DNA of 63,486 bases, counting the filler, from Polymyxa betae A26-41 (Eukaryota; Protista; Endomyxa: Phytomyxea): assembly GCA_003693705.1 (NCBI GenBank). It is 6 parts of 6 records of this genome, joined end to end, with 100 filler letters (N's around TTAATTAATTAA, not from the genome) between each part and the next. Parts side by side here need not be neighbours in the genome. Positions count along the whole stretch, not along the records: positions 12,233 to 25,004 come from RBZT01000980.1; positions 25,105 to 32,612 come from RBZT01000245.1; positions 32,713 to 50,932 come from RBZT01000792.1; 3 more parts are not named here. One strand, 5' to 3'. The translations under genes were made by a program, and so were the position numbers. Shown one piece after another: positions 23,901 to 35,199 of the stretch; position 1 is the stretch's first letter, and the number at the start of each line of letters is the position of its first letter. Below the pieces are notes generated by a model. The model did not search any database, had not been told where the DNA came from, and saw only the letters and a program-made list of their open reading frames with translations.

Positions 23901-24599
23901 GCTTCTCCATTAGCAGATTAGAGATAGCCTGCAACATAATCATGACCTGAAAAACAACTGGCTGAGGCGAAATAGAAAGTACCTCTCTATCCTCAGAATC
24001 ATCAATTGCAGCACCTGGCCAGCCAATCCACACCATATCCATATTTTGTATGCCAAGCAGTGCTGAGACCAGTCCACCTGAACTCATGGAATACGACCAA
24101 GCTCCGGATTCGCCCTTCTTCAGCGACATGGGAAGACGATTTGCTACAATCAGTAGACGATACGAGGGCAGTTCCGATGAGGATTGCTTGGATGCTCTTG
24201 CCTGAAATATCATTGAATTTTAACAGACATCATAGAGTTCAGTTGTGATATTGATGATAATCAATTTTAATTACAAGAAATGACTTAAAGAGATCTGCTC
24301 TGACACCAACATTTGTATCACAATCCAATGATGCGAGTATAGAATTTGGCATAGAGGTAAAAAAAGAGAATCCACAAATCCCAATAGGGAGTAAGCAGGA
24401 TGATAAATAAACTGACCCTTGCAGCACCGGCTCTGCGTAATGACCGTTCTTCTGACACCTGACTAGATAGCTCTTGGATCTTCTCCTGCAGCGCCTTTTC
24501 TCGTGCTTTGCTTAGCTGATAGGCACACTGATCATCGCCTTCGGAATCGGAAGAACCGGCTGAGTACGGGACGGAAGCAGGAAGCAGATGATTGGACAT
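20914..24599 (-). CDS. TPS1: trehalose-6-phosphate synthase/phosphatase fusion (GT20 + HAD), multi-exon
   Basis: [82 protein letters not shown]. Confidence 0.93.
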
Positions 24600-25004
24600 G
24601 TTCGCTACTTGTTGCCCCAACTAAAGAGATTACGAAATGAAAAGAAGAAATGAATGCGAACACGGAATGAAATGCAATGCGGTTGAATCGGCCAACTATT
24701 TAGGGTTGCGCAGTGGATGAAGTGAGATTTCCCACTGGGCTTCCACAGGACGGCCGAACATTCCGACAGGCACGCAAATCCTCTCAAGTCACGCTAAATG
24801 TGTATTTCATACTAAGTGAGTGGACAGTTAGTTGTTGCCACCTGTCAATATTAAGTATTAACCCACTAATGACCGGGCTGCGCCCATTCATTGAGGATCC
24901 CCCACAATAGTCCCTTTCGTAATTTCAATAGTTTATAAACCACATTTTCGTAATGACTCAGGCCACGATTGATCATTAGCTATTTTGATGAAGCGATTAG
25001 ATGG

Positions 25005-25104
25005 NNNNNNNNNNNNNNNNNNNNNNNNNNNNNNNNNNNNNNNNNNNNTTAATTAATTAANNNNNNNNNNNNNNNNNNNNNNNNNNNNNNNNNNNNNNNN
25101 NNNN
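25005..25104. other. artificial contig linker
   Basis: N-TTAATTAATTAA-N. Confidence 0.99.
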
Positions 25105-25281
25105 GCGGCCTCTGGCGCGGCCTCTTTCTCCAAAATAAAATTGAGACAAGTTGTCGGTTTAAGACTGCCCGCACTGTAGAGGAAAAAAAGCGTGAGTGAG
25201 TCGCATACATAAAAGGTCCCATAATCGTTTCATTTAGTAAGTTCATTATAGCAGGTGCGTGTTATGCCCTGGATCAGACTC

Positions 25282-25476
25282 ATACTTACCTTGAAGGTGC
25301 TCAGTAGTTCAGCTACTTGATGGTCGATCATTAAGGACCGTGGGCTATAGTGGAGCGGCCCAACTGCACGCGTTGTGATATACGCAGGGTGTCTGTGAAG
25401 CTATATGGCTTCAGCACAAGCTGGGGTCGACTTCATAATTTATGAGTTGCGGGGACCAGAGTACGCTCTATCCTCG
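25282..25476 (+). ncRNA. U1: U1 spliceosomal snRNA (divergent, about 195 nt)
   Basis: 5' ATACTTACCT; GAAG...CTTC closing helix; stem-loop I loop GATCATTAAG; ACTGCAC (U1A-like site); Sm site ATAATTTATG; 3' hairpin AGAG-TACG-CTCT. Confidence 0.85.
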
Positions 25477-26531
25477 GCATACATTAATCAAAACGAAATT
25501 TTTCGATCTTCTTTCCATCTGCATAGATTCTGGCAGGTTTACCGTTTATGACATGCAAGTAAGTTTTCTGTATGACAAAACTTTGAAAATCTCCTGACAC
25601 GATATGCTGTTGATCTATCGTTTTTTTAATTGATAAAGGCAGCACATGATGATAGCTGTGACTGTGAAGATGGAACAGCAGAGCAAAGGAAGCTTGAATT
25701 CTTGTCTAAGAGTTTCCATGAAACGTGAAGTCCAAATCAACCAGAGTAGACTGACGGCGACGACAGCTGACAATTTAAGCAAAATAACGGCAGATTCATA
25801 AAAGACTCCCATTTGCCGTAGAGATGATTGATCGGATACAGTGGGAATCGCCAGTCTGACAATTGCAGATAATCGGGTGTAGCTTTTTATTCGATTTTCG
25901 TAAACTTGATTTAAACTAAAACAACGCAAATCGTAAATTGCCGATGGCTTTTGTAATTTTTCACAGCGTATTCTATCGACGAGATGTCAAACGCTTACCC
26001 TTTTTGTCTTTGAGACTGTGGGCAGTGGATTTCTCGATACCGGCAATACAGCTTTCATCAGTGAGAGAGAATGCACCAAAGTTGGATCGGTCCTCGACGC
26101 CCCTTGCCTCTTTTGCGCCAGAACGTCTCTGGCAGTACTCAACTGCTAGCATTTACGGTTCCTGCACGGAGTCTCACCGACGAAAACAGACACCATCGGG
26201 ATTGGCCAAAGTGCGTCCGCAAAGTTGAGCTGATTCAATCCAATACATCTCCAAACAGCTTCCAGCTGTATTGCTGCCGTCAGTTTTTCTTTTGTCGAAT
26301 ATCTTTCTGTAATCGTCTTCAGCTGTTGAGGTTTAGCGATTTACAGAATTCAGTTGCCCACTTCTTAATATCTCAGAGCCCTGATCCAAAAACTTATTGG
26401 CTTCTATCAGAGCTGTCACTTCACTGTAAGATGATATGCACTGTATTGTTGGAAACCCTAATCCAGTCAGGTGCGTGACAGCCAGACGAAACGCTGCTTC
26501 TTTTGGAAAACAAACTTGGGAAACTACTTCT

Positions 26532-27917
26532 GTCTGTCGACAGATATGCGTAGCTGCATCATCTGTCTCTCTCTCCGACTCTCCCTCTCTCTCCCTCTCT
26601 CTGGTCTATATCTGGCTCTGTCTGGTAGACGTTCGCAGACTATGCCTCTTAGACTTCAATATGACTTTATTGAAAGAACGGGCAGCGTGATCCTTTACGA
26701 TGATCTGCTGCCTCAGCGCCATTTTCCCGCATAATGTACAATTTTGCTGAGTCGCGGTCGATCTTTTTGAGCTTTGACAAATATTTATCATCTGGTTCGT
26801 TATTGGGAACGGAACCAGAACGAACAAGCTGTAGTCTTTGACAGGCTAGAGTATAGAGAGATGGTTACAGAGAACGCCATTCAGTTGGTAGAAGCGAAAC
26901 CTGTCAGTGTTGGAGTTGACAGACTCCGTGCGATCACGTGCTATCGATCGTTCCGTACTAATGGGGCATGCGACCCTAATAAACAATCGACATGATGTTA
27001 GGCCCCATCTAACGCATGCTCTCATGGCAGTAGGGCTATCTTGACGCTTCCCCGACGCTGTTACGTTACCAAGTAGAACCTCAAGTTCTAACAGTCAGTC
27101 CACATCAGCTAACAGGTTTTGAAACAGAGCAAGCAGTACATGGAAAGGATCGATTTGACTTGAAATTGCCACAGAACAAATGTGACGACAGCGGATATTG
27201 GTGCTTCGGAAAGAATCACAATTGCATGAAGCTCGGAACCGCACCAGTGGTCGATGTAACATTCCAGATAGCGATTGTCTCATCGCTCTCACCACAGACC
27301 TTGATAACGTTTGTTGATAAGACAGACGATACACCAATTTCAATTTTTCTTGACAAAATCGCTATATGCGCGCCGTTTTAGATCAGTTTAATGATTTTTC
27401 TTGATTCAGTTTCTTGCCGTCCAACAATGCCGATGAAGTGCTGAAGAAATTTGCAGCAGGCTAAATTTCCGCAGCTCGGGTTTGTCCCTTGATTCTTGAG
27501 TTTGACCCATCTGCCCGGAAACTGCCCACCGTTTTCGCAGTGAAATGTTTGGATGTATGAGCCCCGCACACTTTCTCTTTGTCAGAGTTCAGCTTCTGAA
27601 TGAAGCTCAATGCACTTGAACTACTGGCGTATTTGTTTTCGCACGACTGTAGCTGTCGTTGCAGTTGTTCAGTGATTGGATCTTCATAAATTGCAGAATT
27701 CATTTTAATGATGAACGGATCACTGAGCTGTCCAAACCCTATACAAAATTGAGATATTATGGAATAACGCGACGGCAAGCAACTGAGCGTAATTTTACGT
27801 GCACCAGCGGAGAACTGATAACGTATAATGGTTTGTGCAAAACAGGTGAGTTGTTAGCAAGATGATTCGCCGCCATTGCGAACGACAGATAGCAGGCTGC
27901 GCCATCTGTCGACAGAC
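26532..27917 (-). mobile_element. degenerate Mutator (MULE) transposon relic
   Basis: Inverted GTCTGTCGACAGAT ends. Internal fragments KVCGAHTSKHFTAKTVGSFRADGSNSRIKG (transposase C-part) and SWIM finger CNCDSFRSTNIRCRHI. Confidence 0.7.
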
Positions 27918-28520
27918 CCAACAAACTTGCGCGCTTTGGACACTGTTCAGGCTATTTCCAAGTGCAGAATCTCTCGTAATCTTGTAGCATTTCGGACGAA
28001 TTCATACTACTGTAAGTGAATTTTAAGCATCGTCTTACAAGATTGGGCTTCGCCCGATCCTTGCCCTAACCCAAAGGACCCGAATAATGACACATAAGCC
28101 AATTGGTCTAAAACAATTGACTTGGTTAGTCTGAATAGCACATCCCGCTATTTACTGAACTCAATAACACGTCTCCATTTCCAATCACAGGCTTGGACCA
28201 TTCAGTATGTCGACCCATCTTTGAGCAAGAATCCCAAATCTAGATGGATGAAACCCCAATTTTTGACCCCTGCACACTAAATTACAAGCACTTCGGTAAT
28301 TTTCTCCGAAGTTATTTCAAGTGTACAGATACGATTAGTTACCTATCAAGGCTATCATAAACTGAGCGACGCAGTTTCTGAAAATAGTTTTTTGTCTGCC
28401 AGTCTCGCACTTTTCCGCCCGAACATTTTGAAGAATCAACTTTTTCAAATGCGCGTGACGCAGCCCGCCGTCTTCTCTCACTCCAAAGGCAATATTTCTC
28501 GATTACAAAGATTGCACCCT

Positions 28521-29120
28521 ATGCTAGACGATATCATCGAATTGAATGTTGGCGGACAGCTCTTCTCCACAACCCGACAGTTAATGGAGTCATATCCGGA
28601 CTCCATGCTGGCCGCACTGGCTCGATTCCCTGGCCGTAATCATTTCATAGATCGGGACCCGAAACCCTTCGAGTATATCTTGTCTTTTATGCGCTCAGGG
28701 AACTTCCATTGGATGCCAAATAGTTCAGTTCCACTGCCCTTAATACTGCAAGAAGCTCGATACTTTATTCTTCCTCAGCTAGCTGGACAGATCGAGGCTC
28801 GAATTAAGGATGAACAACGCCCCAAGATCCAGCTGCAAGAGTTATCGATTCTCCCGCCATCTTTTGAAAGCGAATTTTTTTTCGATCTGCGACAGATATC
28901 GACGGATGGCTGGGTGTCGCCTTGCACTGAGTTCTCTAACGAATTTATACGCAGTGAGCGTTTAATGTCAGGTTTTGAGCCTTGGCTCAGAAATGCGATA
29001 TTAGCAGAAATCAACCGGATTAACATCGAGGAAGAACGCTGTGGACGCGTCTGGTTGATTCGAAGTGTTCAGCAGGAGGGCAAGGCGGTAGTTCTTCTAC
29101 TTCAACGAGAGCAAATTTGA
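28521..29120 (+). CDS. BTB/POZ (KCTD/T1-type) domain protein
   Basis: IIELNVGGQLFSTTRQLM...PDSMLA...FIDRDPKPFEYILSFMRSG...EARYFILPQL. Confidence 0.9.
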   Translation: MLDDIIELNVGGQLFSTTRQLMESYPDSMLAALARFPGRNHFIDRDPKPFEYILSFMRSGNFHWMPNSSVPLPLILQEARYFILPQLAGQIEARIKDEQRPKIQLQELSILPPSFESEFFFDLRQISTDGWVSPCTEFSNEFIRSERLMSGFEPWLRNAILAEINRINIEEERCGRVWLIRSVQQEGKAVVLLLQREQI

Positions 29121-29819
29121 GCAAATTCTCTGATGGCAGTTTATTCTTCTGACTACCATGAAGTTGAAAATGTCCCATTGAAAAATCCTTTTCATTAATC
29201 GCTCATCAAATTCAAAACGCGCTAACAATAACATCTTCTCTACTGAGAAATCGACTCCTATGGTGATCTGGGAATAGACTCGAAGCACAAAAGGACAGAT
29301 AGAGCCGGAAGTGGTATCGTCCTAGCTGTAGATTATCTGGATTAGATCCTGATAGGACGCAACCATCTGCAGATAAAAGGTCACAGCAATTACTCTCAGA
29401 GGTGTTGTATGGCCCTTCAATTAAAGATTATCAAACAGAGAATTTGAAGTCAATCTTGTATCTGCATCCCACAAATAATTGAACAAAATCAGGTCTTTCT
29501 CATCCTTTTGACTCGAATTTCACATTGAAGTTTATCACTTTTGGTGCCAATTTTGGCCCCCCCTTCGTTCGTATTCAAAAGAAATTTTCATAGTAATTTC
29601 AGATCCTGCAGCCGGTTGGCCTGAGAACTTGACGAATCCATTCCAATCTATTTATCGGCACATTCAATGTCGAATGCCAGTTTCCCGATGGCGTGGATAT
29701 TCCCGGGGTCGTCGGCCGTACCCGCCCCGGGTCCCCTGTTGGCTGGATATCACGCTCAAGGTCGAACTCCCCGAAAACGGGACCCGCCAGTGCTGCTACG
29801 GATCCGCAGCCCCAGTTCG

Positions 29820-31870
29820 ATGACGGAAGCGCGAGTCGATGGCGTCGTGCTGGTCGTCGCTGTGGTCGTCGTCATGCTGGCCCGCGCCGATTACCTGCAA
29901 CTGTTCGCGGATCCGTATCGTGCAATCGACGACACCATCGCATACAACTCCGTTTACGCAGCGCAGTCGTTGATCTCGTCGGTGGCGATCTCCGATCACG
30001 GATTCGCGCAGATCCGATCAGGAGCGGCCTCGTCCCAGCCAGTACTGTTCCGTGTCCATTCGGTCGACTCCGTGGTGAATCCTATCCCATCCGTCTACAT
30101 CACCCGAGACCTGCGTCTGGCCGTTAATATCACCACAACGTCTGGTCTGGAGACCTTCGTCGGGGCCAGTATTACCCCGGACACGTGGTTCGCGTTCGGA
30201 GTTGTGATAGTCAATGGTGGCAGTCGTCATGTCCTGCTGTATTATACGGAGATGAATTCGGATCCGAACGTATCGGAGGAGTTCCTGATGGCAGGAGATA
30301 TGTTGACTTCATCGACGGCCATGGTCACGGTCTCTCCTTTATCGATTTCGGACTCCGCCACTTTCTATCTGTCCTCGTTACGGATCTTCAATACGGACTT
30401 GACCTCGGACGATCTCGACTACGGGACCTGGGAGATACCGCCAGGTCCGTTCGCACGCGGACGGGCTCCTCGCTCGCCGCGTTCGCCTTCGAAAACTCCG
30501 ATTCGAACTGGAACATTTCCTGTCTCGGGGCCGTCATCAGTAACGTTACAAGGCGTTCTGGGGCCGCTCTATCGGCCTCTGGCCCCATCAAGCCCCCAAT
30601 CCGCAATGCGATTTCCCCGGCGCTCTCGTCGTCATACAGGCCCTGTGCGTGGGCCAGCCGTGGTGCCTGTTGCCTCTGAACCCGGAACAATATAATGAGG
30701 ATCCATGTCCAGGCAGTAAGAAATGGCTTCAGGCGTCAATGATCTGCGGACATTCAGCCACGGCGTTACCTCTGTCTTCGGCACCTTCACCCACGGCGTT
30801 ACCTCTGTCTTCGGCACCTTCAGCCAAGGCGTTGTCGCTGTCTTCAGCACCTTCAGGCTCGGCATTGCCGCCGTCTTCGGCAAAGTCGACGTTGGTGCTG
30901 ACGCCGACGCAAAAGCCGACCACCAACAAGGGGTCGTCGTCGCCCTCTATTAAGTCATCATCACCTTCGACGCCTTCGCAGAGCGCCAGGTCACAATCAT
31001 CACTATCGAAAAGTTCGGGATTTCTGTCTCTTAGTCCGTCTCCATCGGCTTTCAAAAGCGCCTTATCATCCTCAATATCCGCATCCATTTACAATGCCTG
31101 GAAAATCTCCCTTCCAATCAATCTGGGCTCTTCCAGCATGACGGATACGCAGCGGACGTTTTTGGTGTCGGCTTTCATCGCGGATATGAGCACGGAGTTG
31201 TTCTCATCACCCTCTCGTTTCACATCTGCCAACTTGATGCCAAAGACATCATCCGCATCATCGCTCTCATTCGTAGTTCTACCGAACTCCACAGACCCGG
31301 ATGCCTCCATTCTTTCGGCGTCTTTCTCACGGCAGATTCAGGACTACAACAGCCTTCTCCGATCCGGAACTTTACTGATCTATGTAGCTGCGCCTCCGGT
31401 TGCCGTAGACATCGAAGGACTTCACGCTGTTAAATGCGCTACGGATCTGTACGCCGTTAACTCATGTCAGAGCCCCGCCGCTCTTTCGTCAAGCGTTAAC
31501 GACAACACCACAAATGTAATTGCGGCCTCCGCCATTATCATTGCCGTGATTGTGGTGGGTCTGGGGTGTTGGGGTCGTAAGAGGCCGCGTCATGCTGCAA
31601 AAGCGTCGACGCTTTTAACCCAGATACATGGTGGCGTGGCGGTTGGAAACAGTGGGACTCCAGGTAGGAGAGCATATCTAGGGTTTAGGGTTTTCACGGG
31701 CTGTAGGTGGACATTCTGCGTCAGGCTCGGGGGCTGTACCATCAGGGTTTCTGCTTATGCTACCAAATACGCCCTTGCCTATGATGAGCACGCCGAACGG
31801 TGATGGAGGCGACTTTCGCTCGAATCTGATCAGCAGCAATGGAGCTGTTAGGACATGATTGGCTACAGGA
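29820..31870 (+). CDS. surface protein: signal peptide, LamG-like beta domain, galactose/rhamnose-binding (SUEL) lectin domain, Ser/Pro/Thr stalk, TM helix; frameshifted, 3' end approximate
   Basis: VVLVVAVVVVMLARA signal; NISCLGAVISNV / KAFWGRS...QCDFPGALVVIQALCVGQPWC...DPCPGSKKWLQASMIC across frame shifts; TM VIAASAIIIAVIVVGLGCW. Confidence 0.7.
30751..30882 (+). repeat. 4 x 33-bp coding tandem repeat (approx. PSATALPLSSA)
   Basis: Direct repeats CCTTCAGCCACGGCGTTACCTCTGTCTTCGGCA with variants. Confidence 0.9.
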
Positions 31871-32285
31871 TCAAGATGTAGCTTTGGGATTATTTAAAGT
31901 TGATTTGTGAATAGATAAAAGATTATTGATTAAAATCTGCTAAAAATCAATCCCACACGGCTTTGGATAATCAAACTTTCCTCTCGGTGATCTCTATAAA
32001 CATACCAAGTGGACAATTGAGTGAGGGGTTTGGCCCCGAGCAAGGGTATATGATCCCATCTCAATGGCAATTGATTGGTTTCAAATAATTCTCACAGAAT
32101 GTCTATGAATTTTGAAGTCTCATAACTTATCAAATGAATCAGAAAAAAGGTGCGCAGAACGCATGACAAGAAACTGCGTGGTTACGCCAAAATCTCTGCG
32201 CCCGCAATATGTGCTTACGTCCAAAGGTAGTACAAATCTCGATTGTAAACAGCCAGGAATGCCGAATGATCTGCTTAAAAAAGTT

Positions 32286-32358
32286 TTCCTGTACGGGGAA
32301 TTGAACCCCGGTCTCATACCTGAGAGGCAGGTATACTAAACCACTGTACTATACCGGA
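32286..32358 (-). tRNA. tRNA-Glu(CTC)-like gene, imperfect stems (possible pseudogene)
   Basis: TCCGGTA...CCTGC-CTCTCAG-GTATG-AGAC-CGGGG-TTCAATT-CCCCG-TACAGGA-A; mismatches at G4:A69 and in the anticodon stem. Confidence 0.7.
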
Positions 32359-32369
32359 CTTTTACGTTT

Positions 32370-32612
32370 TGTTAGACGGGAGAGGGTTTTGAACTGGAAT
32401 GTGTTTGAAGAAGTGTTTTATTTGTTAGAATGCAAGCGGAAGACAATGCTTCCGGTTGAATTAGCGTGAGTCAACGCTATTGATATCTCGAGATTGATCT
32501 AACAGCGCTCATATGCTAACACGCCCCTTCGCTGTTGACATCGAGAGTTTCTTTGATTGATAAAGTGGGGCTGTAATCTGGATCTCCATCTTCTGCAATT
32601 CCAATGCGCATC
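32370..32612 (-). mobile_element. 152-bp 3' LTR (32370-32521) plus PPT and ORF tail of the short-LTR retrotransposon
   Basis: Reverse complement of 9-242, with an in-frame 9-bp indel in the ORF tail. Confidence 0.88.
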
Positions 32613-32712
32613 NNNNNNNNNNNNNNNNNNNNNNNNNNNNNNNNNNNNNNNNNNNNTTAATTAATTAANNNNNNNNNNNNNNNNNNNNNNNNNNNNNNNN
32701 NNNNNNNNNNNN
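32613..32712. other. artificial contig linker
   Basis: N-TTAATTAATTAA-N. Confidence 0.99.
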
Positions 32713-32842
32713 TTTTTATTAATCCGCTCATTTTTTATTTTTAGGCGAAAATGTTAGTGTTTATGGTCACCAAGGTCAAGAATATCAATGGGCACTGCGA
32801 ATAGGTGCCCGTTTTACATTTTTTACTTTTTCAGATGGGGAA

Positions 32843-32950
32843 ATTAAAAGGTCTTTTAATGCGTCATTTTTGAGAATAAATTCTAAAAATGACACGTTAT
32901 AAGACCCTATAATGCGTCATTTTTTTGGTTTGAGTTCTGAAAATGACACT
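32843..32950. repeat. AT-rich hairpin array (ATTAAAAGGTCTTTTAAT; AAAAATGACACGTTATAAGACCCTATAATGCGTCATTTTT)
   Basis: Same arrangement as 11461-11542. Confidence 0.75.
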
Positions 32951-34131
32951 CTGGTTTTCTACTTCGAGTTCCGGAATTGACTCGAGCTCAGCGTGAATTG
33001 GTTGAATGCTTAAAGCTGCAATATCTCGACGCTGTTCGAAGAATTATAGGACGCGTGGCTCGATCTTGACACCTAAGGCTAACATGCAATTCTGGCTGCA
33101 AACCCGCCTCTAAGCCCACTTCAGTCGATTTAAACGAAGACGGCGCCGCATCTACAGTTAAACGAAGACTGCGCCGCATCTACAGTAGCGCCGGAACCGC
33201 GATAGTCGATTTTCGCAGTTGCAGCGGATCGTTCTGGTTATTGCGGAAAGAGGATGATTTTCACTGATGGCGGCTATATATTTTTCAATAAGTTATAACA
33301 AGCTTCCGCATGGGCAATCGCGTCCAAAATTGTAGGATCCCGATAACAGACTGCCCATTTACGATCTCTTTTTGGTTAGATAAAAGTTTACGTTTATTCA
33401 GCTATTCCGGATCTATCCAGGTTCTCGCTACTCGGCATTGCTGTCAAAACCATCCACTGCGAGCTGACGCCGAGGCCAACTCGCGCCAGCTCGTTTGTGT
33501 CTGAATATATGGAAGTGTGAGTTCGCGTTCATTCTTGCTCTTGTGACATCAATTCCAGAGGCGATCTTATTCGACATTTTCTCATAAATTTTTGACAATA
33601 TCGGTTCATGTTCTGTGTAGTTCGCGATAAATGACACCATCGACGACTCTAAGATTTTTCAGCGGGTTCCGTTAGAAATGCGATTCGGCGCGTTAAGTAT
33701 ATTCTGGAAATCTTATTGAAAACGAAAGAGAGAGAACAAAAATTATGAGAAATAGAGAGTGCACTTTCTTGTTAGCGGGGCGCAGCCCACCTCTGCTCGG
33801 CGCACTGCGAATTTTAGCTAGACGCGTTAATCTGTCTCATCTGTCACCTCGGCATAAAGTTGCCCCTGTCTCATCTGCCTGTCGTGCCCCAGCCTAAAGA
33901 AGGCCGCGTTTTGTGCTTGCCGTTACAGGACAGTCGTCCTCTTCCACGCTTGCTTTTTTCTTTCATTTTATATCAGAAGGTTTCATTCCGCTCAGACTTT
34001 TCTGTGTGTTGAAGCCAGGATCATCTCACTGTCACTTCGGCATAGACTTGCCGTTGATGAAAGTCATTTTAAATGGCTCTTACTAACTGAGACACAGGTA
34101 AAGACAATGATGAATCTGTTTTCCCGTATTC

Positions 34132-34467
34132 ATGGCGTGGGTTCAGATCGGGGCGCTGGCCTCTATCGTAGGGGCCATTCTCGCGATGGGCGACGGCACT
34201 CCAATGAAACTGCTGCACGTTGTAATCGCATCTGCGGTTGCTGTAATCATCGCATATTCCTTGGTGTCTGCTCCAAGTCGCGAACGGCAACGTCTAATAG
34301 ACGAAAACGAACGCCATCGCCAACGACCAAGAGACGAGTATGAACTACATTTAAGGAGAATGAAGGATTGCCTCGAGATCATTAAGCTTCTGAACAATAA
34401 TCAGAACTTTAGCGACGGACAGCTGAAAAGAATTATTCCAAAGATCGTCGAACAGTTTCTCAAATAA
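34132..34467 (+). CDS. hypothetical small membrane protein (2 hydrophobic segments plus charged helix)
   Basis: 111-aa ATG-initiated ORF with coherent architecture; no family recognised. Confidence 0.5.
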   Translation: MAWVQIGALASIVGAILAMGDGTPMKLLHVVIASAVAVIIAYSLVSAPSRERQRLIDENERHRQRPRDEYELHLRRMKDCLEIIKLLNNNQNFSDGQLKRIIPKIVEQFLK

Positions 34468-35199
34468 ATTCCGAATTCTCAACACATTAATGGCTTCGTC
34501 CGTTTCAGTTGTTCCAAAAAGAAGACTATCCACACATTTCGTAAACGCCTCCTTTTCTGGTCTTTCCTAATTACTGCAAGACATTCCACTAAAAGGTTTT
34601 TGGGTGCTCCACAACGATTGGTTGGCATTGTTGGTTTTGAAGAATGAAAAAGAATGACACGTGGACTTAGGGTTTTGCTATTTATTGACGCAACATAGAA
34701 CAAGTAACGACACGGCGTAATCCTAGTCAATCTTTTGAAGAACAGATCGCCCAAATTGTAGAAGAAAAGCAAGAAGATTACTAATGTTGCGTACTCGGCC
34801 AGGGCTGGATGGTCACGACTCAAACAATTCGACATCTGAAATTCTACGAATAGAATCCGAAGTTTAGGTCGCTGGCGTGCACGAACCGAATCATATCCCC
34901 ATGATTTTTTGTGCCCTTGAAACTGAAGTATGTAAATATTCTTGTATCAAGTGAATGGATGAACATTCAGACCTGGCGATATCGAGGTGCATTTGAAAAT
35001 CAAAAAAAGCCGTTATCTACAACAACGACTACAAGGTGTTTTCGTAACATTCTTTTAAACAAAAACACGGATAGAAGAGCATCATGTTGGTCGCCATTTT
35101 AGTGAGTGATGACTGAGTTCAAAAGCGACTTGTGGAAATAAACATAAACTTCATGTTATTGAAGCAAAACCAAATCTACAATGCGATTAGATATTTAAA

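Noticed and set aside
33132-33187. 28-bp tandem duplications here and at about 43893-43942
   Set aside because: Simple two-copy slippage duplications with no further structure
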